Source: Bacteroidota bacterium
GTDB lineage: Bacteria; Bacteroidota; Bacteroidia; Chitinophagales; BACL12
Length of the DNA stretch: 64,000 nt
Direction: 5' to 3'
NCBI GenBank assembly: GCA_016124275.1
Contig: WGOA01000052.1
Span: 7,440 to 71,439 of the forward strand
Within the stretch, counting starts at the first letter, position 1; each line of letters opens with the position of its first letter. Made by a program: the position numbers and the translations under genes. Shown here in pieces: positions 19,712 through 29,025 of the stretch. Under the pieces are notes generated by a model. That model was not told where the DNA came from. It saw nothing but the letters and a program-made list of their open reading frames with translations, and did no database searches.

Positions 19712-21067
19712 TCAATGCCGCGCGGAAGGCTCCCGCGCTAACAAGAGCGCTTCAATGCGCTCCCAATATTCGTCCTGCCATTTTGATTCAAAATCAGGCC
19801 AGGTGAACATCCGGTCAAAAAGGGCTTGTTGCCGGTCCATTTCCGCTAAAGCGGTGGCGTAAGGCGTATCGCTGAAGGTCACCAATGAATAAACCGGTGT
19901 AAAGTGTGCCGGGTGGCGCTCCGCCACCTGAGCGGCAATTTTCTTTTGCAGCAAAAACCGGGGATCGGCCACTTTGTCGCGCATTTCCAAAAAATTTCGC
20001 TTGGCCAGCTCGGCGATGGCATCCCCATTGGGTTTGCGTTCCTGCTCAAACGCGCGGAAGATCTGGCTCCAATCTTTGCCAGGTTGATCAATCAGCTGCG
20101 CAAGGGCACGGCAGTCTTCGAACCCGGCATTCATGCCCTGGCCGTAAAACGGCACAATGGCATGGGCGGCGTCGCCGAGCAGTAGGGTGTTTTTGTACGC
20201 CCAGGGATAGCAGCGCACGGTGACCAACGCGGAGGTCGGGTTATCAAAAAAATCCTGCATCAAGGTGGGCATCAGGGCTTTTGCGTCGGCGAAGTAGCGG
20301 TCAAAATAGGCTTCTGCAAGCGCGGGCGTCTGGAGTGCATCAAAGCCTTCAGGTCCGTCATACGGGGCAAAGAGGGTGCAGGTAAAACTGCCGTCCAGGT
20401 TGGGCAGCGCGATGAGCATAAAGCTTTGCCGGGGCCAGATGTGCAGCGCTTCCGGGTCAATGAGCCAGCCGCCATCTGCAGCCGGTGGAATCGTCAATTC
20501 TTTGTAGCCGTGGGGCAGGTAGTCTTGCTGGTAGTCAAAGCGGGGCCGGCGTTGCAGGCTGGAGCGCAGCGCGGAAAATGCGCCATCGGTGCCAAAAATT
20601 AATTCCGGGCGAAGGGTGTAGTTGCTGCCTGCAGCTTCGTCGCGCATGTGCAGGTCACCGTTTTCGAGGTTAAATTCCAGGCAGCTGTGCTCGAATTGAA
20701 AGGCTACGTTGGGATGCGCATCAGCGGCCTGCATCATGAGCAGGTTGAGTTCCCCGCGGCTTACCGAGTTAATGTATTGGCCGCTCTTACCATAAGGTTG
20801 AAAATGTTGTGTTCCGTCCAGGTCGTGAATCATGCGGCCGTGCATGGGCAGGCACAGGGGAAGAACGGCGTCTTTAAGACCGGCGCCTTCCAGGGCCAAC
20901 AGCCCGCGGTCGGAGAGCGCCAGGTTGATGGATCGCCCGCCTCCGGCGCCGCGCGTGCGGAAGTCGGGGCGACGGTCAAACACGGTAATGCGGTGGCCGC
21001 GCTCGCCTAAATAAACAGACAACAGCGATCCCACCAGACCCGCTCCAATAACTGAAAATTGACTCAT
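19712..21067 (-). CDS. kmo: Kynurenine 3-monooxygenase
   Basis: GAGLVG, GRSINLALSDRG, GTDGAFS, ALHIWPR..FMLIALPNLDGSFTCTLF, GDAAHAIVPFYGQGMNAGFED. Confidence 0.95.
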   Translation of the reverse strand: MSQFSVIGAGLVGSLLSVYLGERGHRITVFDRRPDFRTRGAGGGRSINLALSDRGLLALEGAGLKDAVLPLCLPMHGRMIHDLDGTQHFQPYGKSGQYINSVSRGELNLLMMQAADAHPNVAFQFEHSCLEFNLENGDLHMRDEAAGSNYTLRPELIFGTDGAFSALRSSLQRRPRFDYQQDYLPHGYKELTIPPAADGGWLIDPEALHIWPRQSFMLIALPNLDGSFTCTLFAPYDGPEGFDALQTPALAEAYFDRYFADAKALMPTLMQDFFDNPTSALVTVRCYPWAYKNTLLLGDAAHAIVPFYGQGMNAGFEDCRALAQLIDQPGKDWSQIFRAFEQERKPNGDAIAELAKRNFLEMRDKVADPRFLLQKKIAAQVAERHPAHFTPVYSLVTFSDTPYATALAEMDRQQALFDRMFTWPDFESKWQDEYWERIEALLLAREPSARH

Positions 21068-21095
21068 GATGTCTTGTAAAGTTAGCGACCGGGCT

Positions 21096-22484
21096 CTAAG
21101 GTGTTACCAGGAGCCGCACCCCATAACCCTGCAGGATTAACAATGAGAACAAGGTATCGGTTTGGTTGTCGAGCGCATTTTGCCAAATGCTGCCCTGCCA
21201 TTCCACCGGAACGGAAAAAGTTTGGGGCGTATCGCGGAGGTTGACCAGCACCACGGCACTTTCTGAACCCGCGTCTTTGCGGAAGGCCACCACGTTTTCA
21301 TCCGAGCCATCCGAGAGCGCGTCAGCCTTGAGCGCAGGGCTTTGCGCATAGGTATTCAGCAACTTGCGGTAGCGCGCCAACAGGTCGGGGTTTTGGTTCC
21401 AGTTGATGGGCGAGTTCCAGAAAAAGGGAAGGGGAGTGGCCCGGCCCACTTCCTGGCTGCCGTAGATCAGGGGCACGCCGCCCATGGTGGTGGCTAAGAC
21501 GGAGGCGGCGAAGGCGCCGTCAATGCCTCCGAACAGCTCCACTGGCGTGGCATCCCACGCGCTTTCGTCGTGGTTGGTGGTGAAGCGCAATTTCTGTTTG
21601 GTAGCGGGAACGCCGCTCAATTCCGATTGACTGTTGCTCATCAGCGTCAGGGCACTTCCCCCGTTAAAGGCATCTTTGACCCGCCCGTAAAAATTCCAGG
21701 AGTAGTTCATCTGAAAGCCTGCAGTGAAATGGTCGTTGCGCTGCCCTTCAGCGAGCAAAATCACGTTGCGACCAGGCATGTTGCTCAGGGTATCCAAGGC
21801 TCGTTTCCAAAAGCTGTAGGGCACATAATCGGCGGCATCGCAGCGGTAGCCATCTACGTTGGCCGCTAAAATCCAGTATTTGAGTGCGCTGATCATGGCG
21901 GTCTGCATATCCTGGTTGCTGAAATTGAGGTCCGCCACGTCCAGCCAGCCGGTGCCCGGCGGATGCACGACCTCGCCGTTGACCTGCGTGTACCATTCGG
22001 GCCTGCTCATCCAGGGGTTGTCCCATGCGGTGTGGTTGGCCACCCAGTCCAGGATCACGGCGATGCCGCGGTCATGCGCTGCCTGAACCAGCGAACGCAG
22101 ATCATCCAGCGTTCCGTATTCGTTGCTCACTGCTTTGTAGTCGGCTACGGAGTAAGGAGAATTCACGGAATTGATGCTGCCGATGGGGTGAATGGGCATG
22201 AGCCAGATGACATTGATGCCCAGCGATTGAATGGAATCCATTCTGGCTTCCACGCCCGCCAGATCACCACCAGGGCTGAAGGCCCGCAGGTTCACCTCGT
22301 ACATGATCACGTCTTCGGTGGCCGGTACTCCGCTGAAGGGGGTTCCGTATGCCGGCGGGTCCGGTTCGGGCACGTACACGCTGTCAATGGGCGGGTCAAT
22401 AGGAGGATCTATGGTTGGCAGATCTTCCTTGCAGGAAAACAACAATATGGGCAGGAAGCAAATCAACAGGCAGCGGACGAACAT
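21096..22484 (-). CDS. GH13 alpha-amylase family lipoprotein
   Basis: Lipobox LFSC; YEVNLRAF, WLMPIHP, DWVANH, DGYRCDAA, LAEG, TTNHD. Confidence 0.9.
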   Translation of the reverse strand: MFVRCLLICFLPILLFSCKEDLPTIDPPIDPPIDSVYVPEPDPPAYGTPFSGVPATEDVIMYEVNLRAFSPGGDLAGVEARMDSIQSLGINVIWLMPIHPIGSINSVNSPYSVADYKAVSNEYGTLDDLRSLVQAAHDRGIAVILDWVANHTAWDNPWMSRPEWYTQVNGEVVHPPGTGWLDVADLNFSNQDMQTAMISALKYWILAANVDGYRCDAADYVPYSFWKRALDTLSNMPGRNVILLAEGQRNDHFTAGFQMNYSWNFYGRVKDAFNGGSALTLMSNSQSELSGVPATKQKLRFTTNHDESAWDATPVELFGGIDGAFAASVLATTMGGVPLIYGSQEVGRATPLPFFWNSPINWNQNPDLLARYRKLLNTYAQSPALKADALSDGSDENVVAFRKDAGSESAVVLVNLRDTPQTFSVPVEWQGSIWQNALDNQTDTLFSLLILQGYGVRLLVTP

Positions 22485-22492
22485 AAGTTTAT

Positions 22493-23791
22493 CTATTTTT
22501 TCGAGGGGAGTTCGGCGCTTGCCTGTTCCAGGACTTCCTGAAGCACCCGGGCAAAATGGTACACATCTTCGTAGCGGTTATACAGCGGAACGGGAGCGAC
22601 GCGGATCACATCGGGCTCGCGCCAGTCTGCAATGATGCCCGCTTGCTTAAGGGCTTCAAATACCTCTTTGCCGTGTTGCTTGAACTGGATGGACAGTTGG
22701 CAGCCGCGCTGCGCGGGATCCGACGGGGTGATGATGCGAAAATCCGACGATTGGATTTGGTTCAACAGGTATTCCAGATACCCGGTTAACTGTTCGCTTT
22801 TGGTGCGCAGGGGCTCCATTCCGGCTTCGGCAAAAAGATCAAGGCTGGCGCGGTGAACCGCCATGGGCAGGACCGGCGCATTGCTCATTTGCCATCCGGC
22901 AGCGCCGGGTTGCGGGTGAAAACCGGGCTCCATGAGAAAGCGCGTTTCTTCGGAGTTTCCCCACCAACCGGCAAAGCGCGGCAAGTCAGATCGATTGGCA
23001 TGCTTGTGGTGCACAAAAACGCCGCTGACGCCACCCGGTCCGGAATTGAGGTATTTGTAACTGCACCAGACGGCAAAGTCAACCTCCCAGTCGTGCAGGC
23101 GAAGGGGTACATTTCCCACTGCGTGTGCCAGGTCATAGCCCACCACGGCTCCGGCTGCGCGCCCTGCTGCGGCAAGGGCAGGCAGGTCAAAAAACTGGCC
23201 GCTGTAGTAATTGACTCCGCCGATCAGGATCAGGGCCAATTCCTGGCCGTGTTCCTGGATAAACGCCAAAATGTCTTCGGTGCGGTGGGTTTGTTCGCCC
23301 GGCCGGAGCGGAAGCTCCAGGACTGCTTGTTCGGGGTCATAGCCGTGAAAGCGGGCCTGCATTTCGGCAGCGTATTGGTCTGAGGGAAAAGCTTTGGCCT
23401 CGAGCAAAATTTTGTAGCGGCTCGGCGTAGGCCGGTAAAAACTGACCATCATCAGGTTCAGGTTCACCGACAGCGCGTTCATAACCACCACTTCGCCTGG
23501 CGAAGAAGCGCCTACCAATGCTGCCGTCTGGTGTTCAACCGTATGGTGGTAGTATAGCCAGGGGTTGCGGCTGTGCACGTGCCCTTCCACGCCCAGACGG
23601 GCCCAGTCTTCCAGTTCTGTGCGCACGTAATCCGCTGCGCTTTTGGGCTGAAGACCCAGGCTGTTGCCACAGAGGTAAACGGCGGGTTTGCCCTTCCATT
23701 CCGGATGGTGAAAGCGGTCCCGGAAATGTTTAAGCGGGTCTTTTTCGTCCAGTTGCCGGGCAAAGACCTGGCTGTTTTCAAACAATAACAT
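22493..23791 (-). CDS. kynU: Kynureninase
   Basis: YLCGNSLGLQP, FPSDQYA, DLAHAVGN, DFAVWCSYKYLNSGPG, GWWG, IRVAPVPLYN. Confidence 0.96.
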   Translation of the reverse strand: MLLFENSQVFARQLDEKDPLKHFRDRFHHPEWKGKPAVYLCGNSLGLQPKSAADYVRTELEDWARLGVEGHVHSRNPWLYYHHTVEHQTAALVGASSPGEVVVMNALSVNLNLMMVSFYRPTPSRYKILLEAKAFPSDQYAAEMQARFHGYDPEQAVLELPLRPGEQTHRTEDILAFIQEHGQELALILIGGVNYYSGQFFDLPALAAAGRAAGAVVGYDLAHAVGNVPLRLHDWEVDFAVWCSYKYLNSGPGGVSGVFVHHKHANRSDLPRFAGWWGNSEETRFLMEPGFHPQPGAAGWQMSNAPVLPMAVHRASLDLFAEAGMEPLRTKSEQLTGYLEYLLNQIQSSDFRIITPSDPAQRGCQLSIQFKQHGKEVFEALKQAGIIADWREPDVIRVAPVPLYNRYEDVYHFARVLQEVLEQASAELPSKK

Positions 23792-23835
23792 ATAATATTA
23801 AATGGATAACATAAGTTATGATAACATAAATTATG

Positions 23836-24366
23836 TTATGGAGAAGGTGGTTTTGGTGGTTCCATAACAGCTCCGCACGATTGGCAGGTGCGGTGCTCCT
23901 GGTTTTGGTAAAAGCGGGCCATGACCGGCGGTAGTTGCTTTACGATGTCGGTCATTTCAAAGTACTCCTCGTAGAGTTTGTTGCCGCAACTTTCACAAAA
24001 CCAAAGCAGGCCGTCCTGTTCTCCCGGACTGCGGTGAAGTTCCATGACCAGGCCTACGCTGCCGGCAGGTCGTTGGGGAGAATGCGGCACCTTGGGCGGC
24101 AGCAGAAAAATTTCGCCCTGTTTAATGGGGATGGAAACCGGTTTGCCTTCATCGATGACGCGCAGCACCATGTCGCCTTCTATCATGTAGTAAAACTCTT
24201 CAGTTTCGTTGTAGTGGTAGTCTTTGCGGCCGTTCGGGCCGCCAACCACCATAACAATAAAGTCTTCGTTGTCATCGTACACCACCTGGTTGCCAACGGG
24301 TGGTTTGAGGCGGTCCCGGTGGTCGTTGATCCACTGCTGGAAATTGATCGCTTTGCGCAAGGCCAT
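23836..24366 (-). CDS. nbaC: 3-hydroxyanthranilate 3,4-dioxygenase
   Basis: LKPPVGN, VGGPNGRKDYH, EEFYY, PHSPQR, rubredoxin-like CESC...CQSC. Confidence 0.95.
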   Translation of the reverse strand: MALRKAINFQQWINDHRDRLKPPVGNQVVYDDNEDFIVMVVGGPNGRKDYHYNETEEFYYMIEGDMVLRVIDEGKPVSIPIKQGEIFLLPPKVPHSPQRPAGSVGLVMELHRSPGEQDGLLWFCESCGNKLYEEYFEMTDIVKQLPPVMARFYQNQEHRTCQSCGAVMEPPKPPSP

Positions 24367-24531
24367 GACGGGGAGTTTTGGCTGTTTATGCCCGGCGCAA
24401 AGCCAGGCTCTCATCGTAAAGGTAAGGCTTTCGGCGGGGTCAGCGCAGCCTTGTTGTCCATAGAACAGGTTGCAAGCGTACCTCCTAAACCAAAAAATGA
24501 TTAGATTAGATTACCCTAAAAGCAAACCATA

Positions 24532-24756
24532 ATGGCAATACTGACCGTAGAGCTTATAGATCCCCAGGTGAGGGCAATATTGGAACAACTTGCCAAGATG
24601 AATTTAATCAAGATTAAAGAAGATAAGGTGCCCTCAGAGCAGTTTGCAAACCTCTTAAACAAACTCAGAGCAAACGAAAAGGATGTTCCAGACCCGGGCG
24701 AAATATCAGCGGAAGTAGAGGCTGCCAGGGCCCTCAGAAAACAAAAGAATGGTTAA
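24532..24756 (+). CDS. Putative antitoxin
   Basis: 74 aa, overlaps downstream PIN gene; LEQLAKMNLI and EISAEVEAAR helices; AT-rich. Confidence 0.7.
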   Translation: MAILTVELIDPQVRAILEQLAKMNLIKIKEDKVPSEQFANLLNKLRANEKDVPDPGEISAEVEAARALRKQKNG

Positions 24757-25165
24757 GGTGCCATTACGCGTTATACTTGACACCAATATTTGGATTAGCT
24801 ATCTTATTTCGAGCAAATTAGCAAACATTGATTTGTTGCTTGAGAATGGGGTTATTCGATTGATATTCAGTGAAGAATCCTTGGAAGAGTTTATAGATGT
24901 AGCTAACCAACCCAAGTTCAGGAAATTTTTTACTCCTGAAGATATTGCAGTGTTGTTGGGGTTATTCACCTACTTCGCCGAAATGGTGGAGGTTAAGTCG
25001 GAAGTGGTTCAATGTCGAGATTTTAAAGATAATTTTTTGCTCGCCCTGGCAAAAGACAGTCATGCGGATTACCTCATAACAGGGGATAAGGACTTATTGG
25101 AAATTGGAAGTTTTGAAAGTACACGTATCCTTACATGGTCAGAGTTTGAAAAGGTAGTGGGTTAA
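24749..25165 (+). CDS. PIN-domain toxin (PIN_3 type)
   Basis: VILDTNIWIS, CRDFKDNFLLALA, ADYLITGDKDLL. Confidence 0.9.
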   Translation: MVKVPLRVILDTNIWISYLISSKLANIDLLLENGVIRLIFSEESLEEFIDVANQPKFRKFFTPEDIAVLLGLFTYFAEMVEVKSEVVQCRDFKDNFLLALAKDSHADYLITGDKDLLEIGSFESTRILTWSEFEKVVG

Positions 25166-25247
25166 GAGGCATCGCTTAAAACCCCATAGACTAGGCTTGC
25201 TGAGCGTTTAAAGCTGAAGTTTAGTTCCGTAAAAGAGGATGGTAGCG

Positions 25248-26552
25248 TCAAGCGGAGCGCAGCACCAGATAATACACACTAAACCCGGTCAGGTAGAGCA
25301 TGCCCAGCCAGCTCAGCGCGCGCAAAGCGCGGCCTGGACGAGCGGCTTCGGGGGTGTGTTTGCCGGTGACCAGGGCATAATTGGCCAGGGCAAAAAACGG
25401 GGCAGTAAGAAACGACAAGAGCGTGGCAAGGTCCACAAGGCTGCGCAGATCGGCGGCGAATGAGCGGATGAGCAACAGGCCACCGGCCGCAACTGCGAGC
25501 AAGAGCGCAGGGTAGAGCCAGGCATGTCGGCCCTGATCGCTGCGATCGGGTTGTGGGGCGGACGGTAGCCCTTCGCCCAAAAGCAACAGCGACTGGCGGA
25601 GCACCCGCGGCATAGCATCCAATACGGTGAGCGTGGTGCTGAACATGGTGGCCACCGCGGCCACAGCGATGGCAGCCCCAGCCAGAGGGCCCAGCGCAGA
25701 GCGGTACAGATCAATCAACAAGGCTGAAAAATCGGCGGGGGCAGACGGAAAATCGGGCGTGCTGCCGTACAGCATCCGGGCGCCGAGCAGGACAAAAATG
25801 ACGGCAAGGATGGCCGTGCCGATGTACCCGACTCTGAAGTCAAACAGCGCGTCGCGGAGCGAAAAATCCGGTTGGTTCTTGCGTTTTTCCAGCGCCCATA
25901 CCGAGTGCCAGACCGATAAATCAATGGGAGCGGGCATCCATCCCATGAGTCCGATAAGGAAAATGACGGCCAGCGGATCGGCGAAATGGAACGTTTTGAA
26001 GGGTCCGGCTGCAGGAGGCGCGGGCTGGCTAAAAGCCGCTGCGGCAGCGACCAGCGTAGCAATACTGAGCAGGACAACGATGATTTTCATGCTGCTGTCC
26101 AACAGGCGATAGCGCCCAGCCAGAAGAAGCCCTGCGCTGACCAACAAGACCAGGGCACTCATGTGCCAGGGAATCAGGGCCGTGCCCAGAACGTGTTGAA
26201 CCAAGGCCGCGGTGACCCCGGTAACGGCGGCCTGAACGGTGAAGACCGTAGCCAGGGTCAGCAGCAGGTACAAGGCCAGCACCGCGTAGCCCAGGCGTTT
26301 GTAACCGGCCAACAGGCTCTCGCCGGTAGCCAGAGCATAGCGGGGGCCGAACTCAAAAAAAGGGTACTTCAAGGCGTTGGCCGCTACTACAGCAAAGAGC
26401 AAACCTAACCCGTATTCCGCACCGGCCCGGGTGCTTTGGTAAATGTGCGAAACGCCAACTGCGCTTCCCGCAAACAAGAGGCCCGGACCCAGGCGATGCC
26501 ACCAGCGGAGGAGCGTTTGCGGCGCAGGAAGCGGAGAGGTGGTGTCGCGCAT
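25248..26552 (-). CDS. NRAMP-like divalent cation transporter family protein
   Basis: GPGLLFAGSAVGVSHIYQSTRAGA, KYPFFEFG, GWMPAPID, TMFSTT; ~11 TM segments. Confidence 0.82.
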   Translation of the reverse strand: MRDTTSPLPAPQTLLRWWHRLGPGLLFAGSAVGVSHIYQSTRAGAEYGLGLLFAVVAANALKYPFFEFGPRYALATGESLLAGYKRLGYAVLALYLLLTLATVFTVQAAVTGVTAALVQHVLGTALIPWHMSALVLLVSAGLLLAGRYRLLDSSMKIIVVLLSIATLVAAAAAFSQPAPPAAGPFKTFHFADPLAVIFLIGLMGWMPAPIDLSVWHSVWALEKRKNQPDFSLRDALFDFRVGYIGTAILAVIFVLLGARMLYGSTPDFPSAPADFSALLIDLYRSALGPLAGAAIAVAAVATMFSTTLTVLDAMPRVLRQSLLLLGEGLPSAPQPDRSDQGRHAWLYPALLLAVAAGGLLLIRSFAADLRSLVDLATLLSFLTAPFFALANYALVTGKHTPEAARPGRALRALSWLGMLYLTGFSVYYLVLRSA

Positions 26553-26565
26553 GGCCTGCCCCGGC

Positions 26566-28107
26566 TTAACTCTCCGGAACAGCGGCGCTGTTCAGGGCAC
26601 GCAGCAAGTCAGCAACTTTGCCCGACGAAGGGCGCGGAGCCTGAACGTCTGAGATGGTGCCGTCAGGGGCGATGAGCATGAAGCGGGGGATGCCGTCAAT
26701 GAGGTAGCGTTTGATGACGTCCGATTGCCAGGCACCTTCGGTAAAAATTTGCAGGCCACCCAGTTCTTTTTCCGCCACCATGGTCTCCCAGGCACCTTTG
26801 TTGTCGTCAACGGAGATGGACATCAGCACAACGGATTCGTCGCCGGCAAACGCTTCCTGTAGGGTTTCCAGGTGGGGAATTTCCGCGCGGCAAGGGCCGC
26901 ACCAGGTGGCCCAGACATCCACGTACACGGCTTTTCCTTTGAGGTCGCTGAGCGCCACGCGGGAGCCATCGGGACGGACGCCGGCAAAGTCCGGTGCGGG
27001 TTTGCCGCTTGCCAATGCCTGCCAGTTGCGGTACAGTTTTTCCAATGCCTCGTGTTCCGGACCGGGTTTGGCACTGGCCGAGTAGCGCTCATAGAGGGGT
27101 GCAGCACCTTCCGGGCCTTCGTAACTCAGGTATTCCCGCAAAACGGAACCGGTTAACTTGGCCTGAATGGCTTCGTTTTGGAAGGTTTGCTTGACCAGAT
27201 CCATTTGCTGCAGCGACAGGGCAACCGGGTTTTCGGTGGCCGGGGGCACAGAAGCATCCTGCGCGCTTTCATCCGCAGCAGCGTTCATGGCCAGCGCACT
27301 CAAATAGCTGGACGCAAACGATTCAAAAACGTTTGACGACACGTTCCAATCGTTGTTCAGGTCCAATTGCTCGACAAAATCCCAATAACCACTGCTGGGT
27401 TCAAAAGTGGGGTTGCTGGCGTAATAGCGGTGGTATTCCGGGTAATTGGCCATTTCGCCCGCCCAGGTAAACTGCAGCTCAAGTTTTTCGCGCTCGGTGA
27501 AAAACTCATCCAGTTCAGCCGCATCCAAATCTGCCCTGAGTTTGTCGTAGCGTTCGCGCGCTTGCTGCACAAAAGCGGCTTCATCCAGTTCATAGGGGTT
27601 GTTTTCGCTTCGCAAAGCAGCGTTGCGAACCATTTTTGCCGCCAAGTAATTGTTGATGGCCGACCCGGTTCCCGAATAGGTCAAGGTCAGGTCGAATTGG
27701 GTGGCGTCCAGGCGCAAGTCCAGGGAGTCACCCGGACGGAAGTACGCGATCGTGAACTCCGGGCCAATGCGAATCCGGGCGTATTCGCCCTGTTCCAGGT
27801 CAAAGACCAGGGTAAAACGGCCTTCTGCATCCAGTTCGGTGTTGTACACCGAATCGGCGATGTTGATGGAGGCATTGGTCCCCGCCGGATTGGTGATGGT
27901 ACCTGCCAACACCGTGCGCAAGGGCCCTTGGTTTGTTTCTTCCTCCCCGCCTGCGGCGCAGCCCGGCAATAGGGCCACAGCGCTGAGGAACAACAGGCAA
28001 GCAGCCAGGGTAGGCAGCCGCCGGGCGAACGTTGCGCAGAGCGGCGAAAGGTTGGTCAGCCCGGGGGCTGACTCTGGCACTGGGTTGGAAGGATAGGGCA
28101 TCATCAT
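26566..28107 (-). CDS. TlpA/ResA-like disulfide reductase lipoprotein
   Basis: APDF, LSDLKGKAVYVDVWATWCGPC, ISVD, IPRFMLI, APRPS; lipobox LPGC; start uncertain. Confidence 0.88.
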   Translation of the reverse strand: MMMPYPSNPVPESAPGLTNLSPLCATFARRLPTLAACLLFLSAVALLPGCAAGGEEETNQGPLRTVLAGTITNPAGTNASINIADSVYNTELDAEGRFTLVFDLEQGEYARIRIGPEFTIAYFRPGDSLDLRLDATQFDLTLTYSGTGSAINNYLAAKMVRNAALRSENNPYELDEAAFVQQARERYDKLRADLDAAELDEFFTEREKLELQFTWAGEMANYPEYHRYYASNPTFEPSSGYWDFVEQLDLNNDWNVSSNVFESFASSYLSALAMNAAADESAQDASVPPATENPVALSLQQMDLVKQTFQNEAIQAKLTGSVLREYLSYEGPEGAAPLYERYSASAKPGPEHEALEKLYRNWQALASGKPAPDFAGVRPDGSRVALSDLKGKAVYVDVWATWCGPCRAEIPHLETLQEAFAGDESVVLMSISVDDNKGAWETMVAEKELGGLQIFTEGAWQSDVIKRYLIDGIPRFMLIAPDGTISDVQAPRPSSGKVADLLRALNSAAVPES

Positions 28108-28213
28108 AGCGATGAAAATAGTTATAATTCAGCGAAAATGGGGGGTATTTGTGGGCCCGTTTAAGGGGTTTGCCCGGCAGTTGTTCCTAGCTTAGCCGTC
28201 TATTCAACCGATC

Positions 28214-29005
28214 ATGAGCAAGGATTTAATCGGGTTGCACGCCCTGGTTTGCGGGGCCAGCCGCGGAATTGGAAAAGCGTGTGCCCATGCTTTGGCCCAA
28301 GCGGGCGCTTCGGTCACCTGTGCTGCCCGCAGCGAGGATGGGTTAAAGGCCGTGGTGCAGGAATTGGACCGGAGCCAGGGCCAGCAGCACGGCTGGCTGG
28401 CGGCTGATTTCAGCAAGCCTTCTTTGCTGGGCGAAGCGCTGCAGGCGCATTTGGCAGCGGTTTCGGTGCCCTACCACATTTTGCTGAACAACACCGGAGG
28501 CCCTCCGGCGGGTCCGGCAGCAGAAGCCGACGAAGAGGATTTTCGCCGGGCGTTCAACCAGCACCTGGTCAGCAACCACGTCTTGGTCAAGGCGTTGCTG
28601 CCCGGCATGAAGCAGCATGGTTTCGGGCGAATTGTGAACATGATCTCCACGTCCGTTAAGCAACCTTTGCCGGGGCTGGGGGTGAGCAACACCGTGCGGG
28701 GTGCGGTAGCCAATTGGGCTAAAACGCTCGCCAACGAGTTGGCGATTCACGGCATTACCGTCAACAATGTACTGCCCGGTGCCACGCGCACCGAGCGGCT
28801 GGCAGAGATTATCCGCGATCAGGCAGCGCGGACCGGGTGCAGCGAAACTGAGGTAGCGGCAGCCATGCAAAGCCATGTGCCGATGAACCGTTTTGCAGAA
28901 CCCGCCGAAATTGCTGCCGCTGTTGTTTTTCTGGCCTCTCCTGGGGCCAGCTACATTACCGGAATCAACCTGCCCGTTGACGGGGGCCGCACGTCAAGCC
29001 TCTGA
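28214..29005 (+). CDS. SDR family oxidoreductase (atypical active site)
   Basis: CGASRGIG, NNTGGPP, NNVLPG, YITG..LPVDGG; SNTVR in place of YxxxK. Confidence 0.9.
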   Translation: MSKDLIGLHALVCGASRGIGKACAHALAQAGASVTCAARSEDGLKAVVQELDRSQGQQHGWLAADFSKPSLLGEALQAHLAAVSVPYHILLNNTGGPPAGPAAEADEEDFRRAFNQHLVSNHVLVKALLPGMKQHGFGRIVNMISTSVKQPLPGLGVSNTVRGAVANWAKTLANELAIHGITVNNVLPGATRTERLAEIIRDQAARTGCSETEVAAAMQSHVPMNRFAEPAEIAAAVVFLASPGASYITGINLPVDGGRTSSL

Positions 29006-29025
29006 GCAAGCCCTAACTTTGCCGC

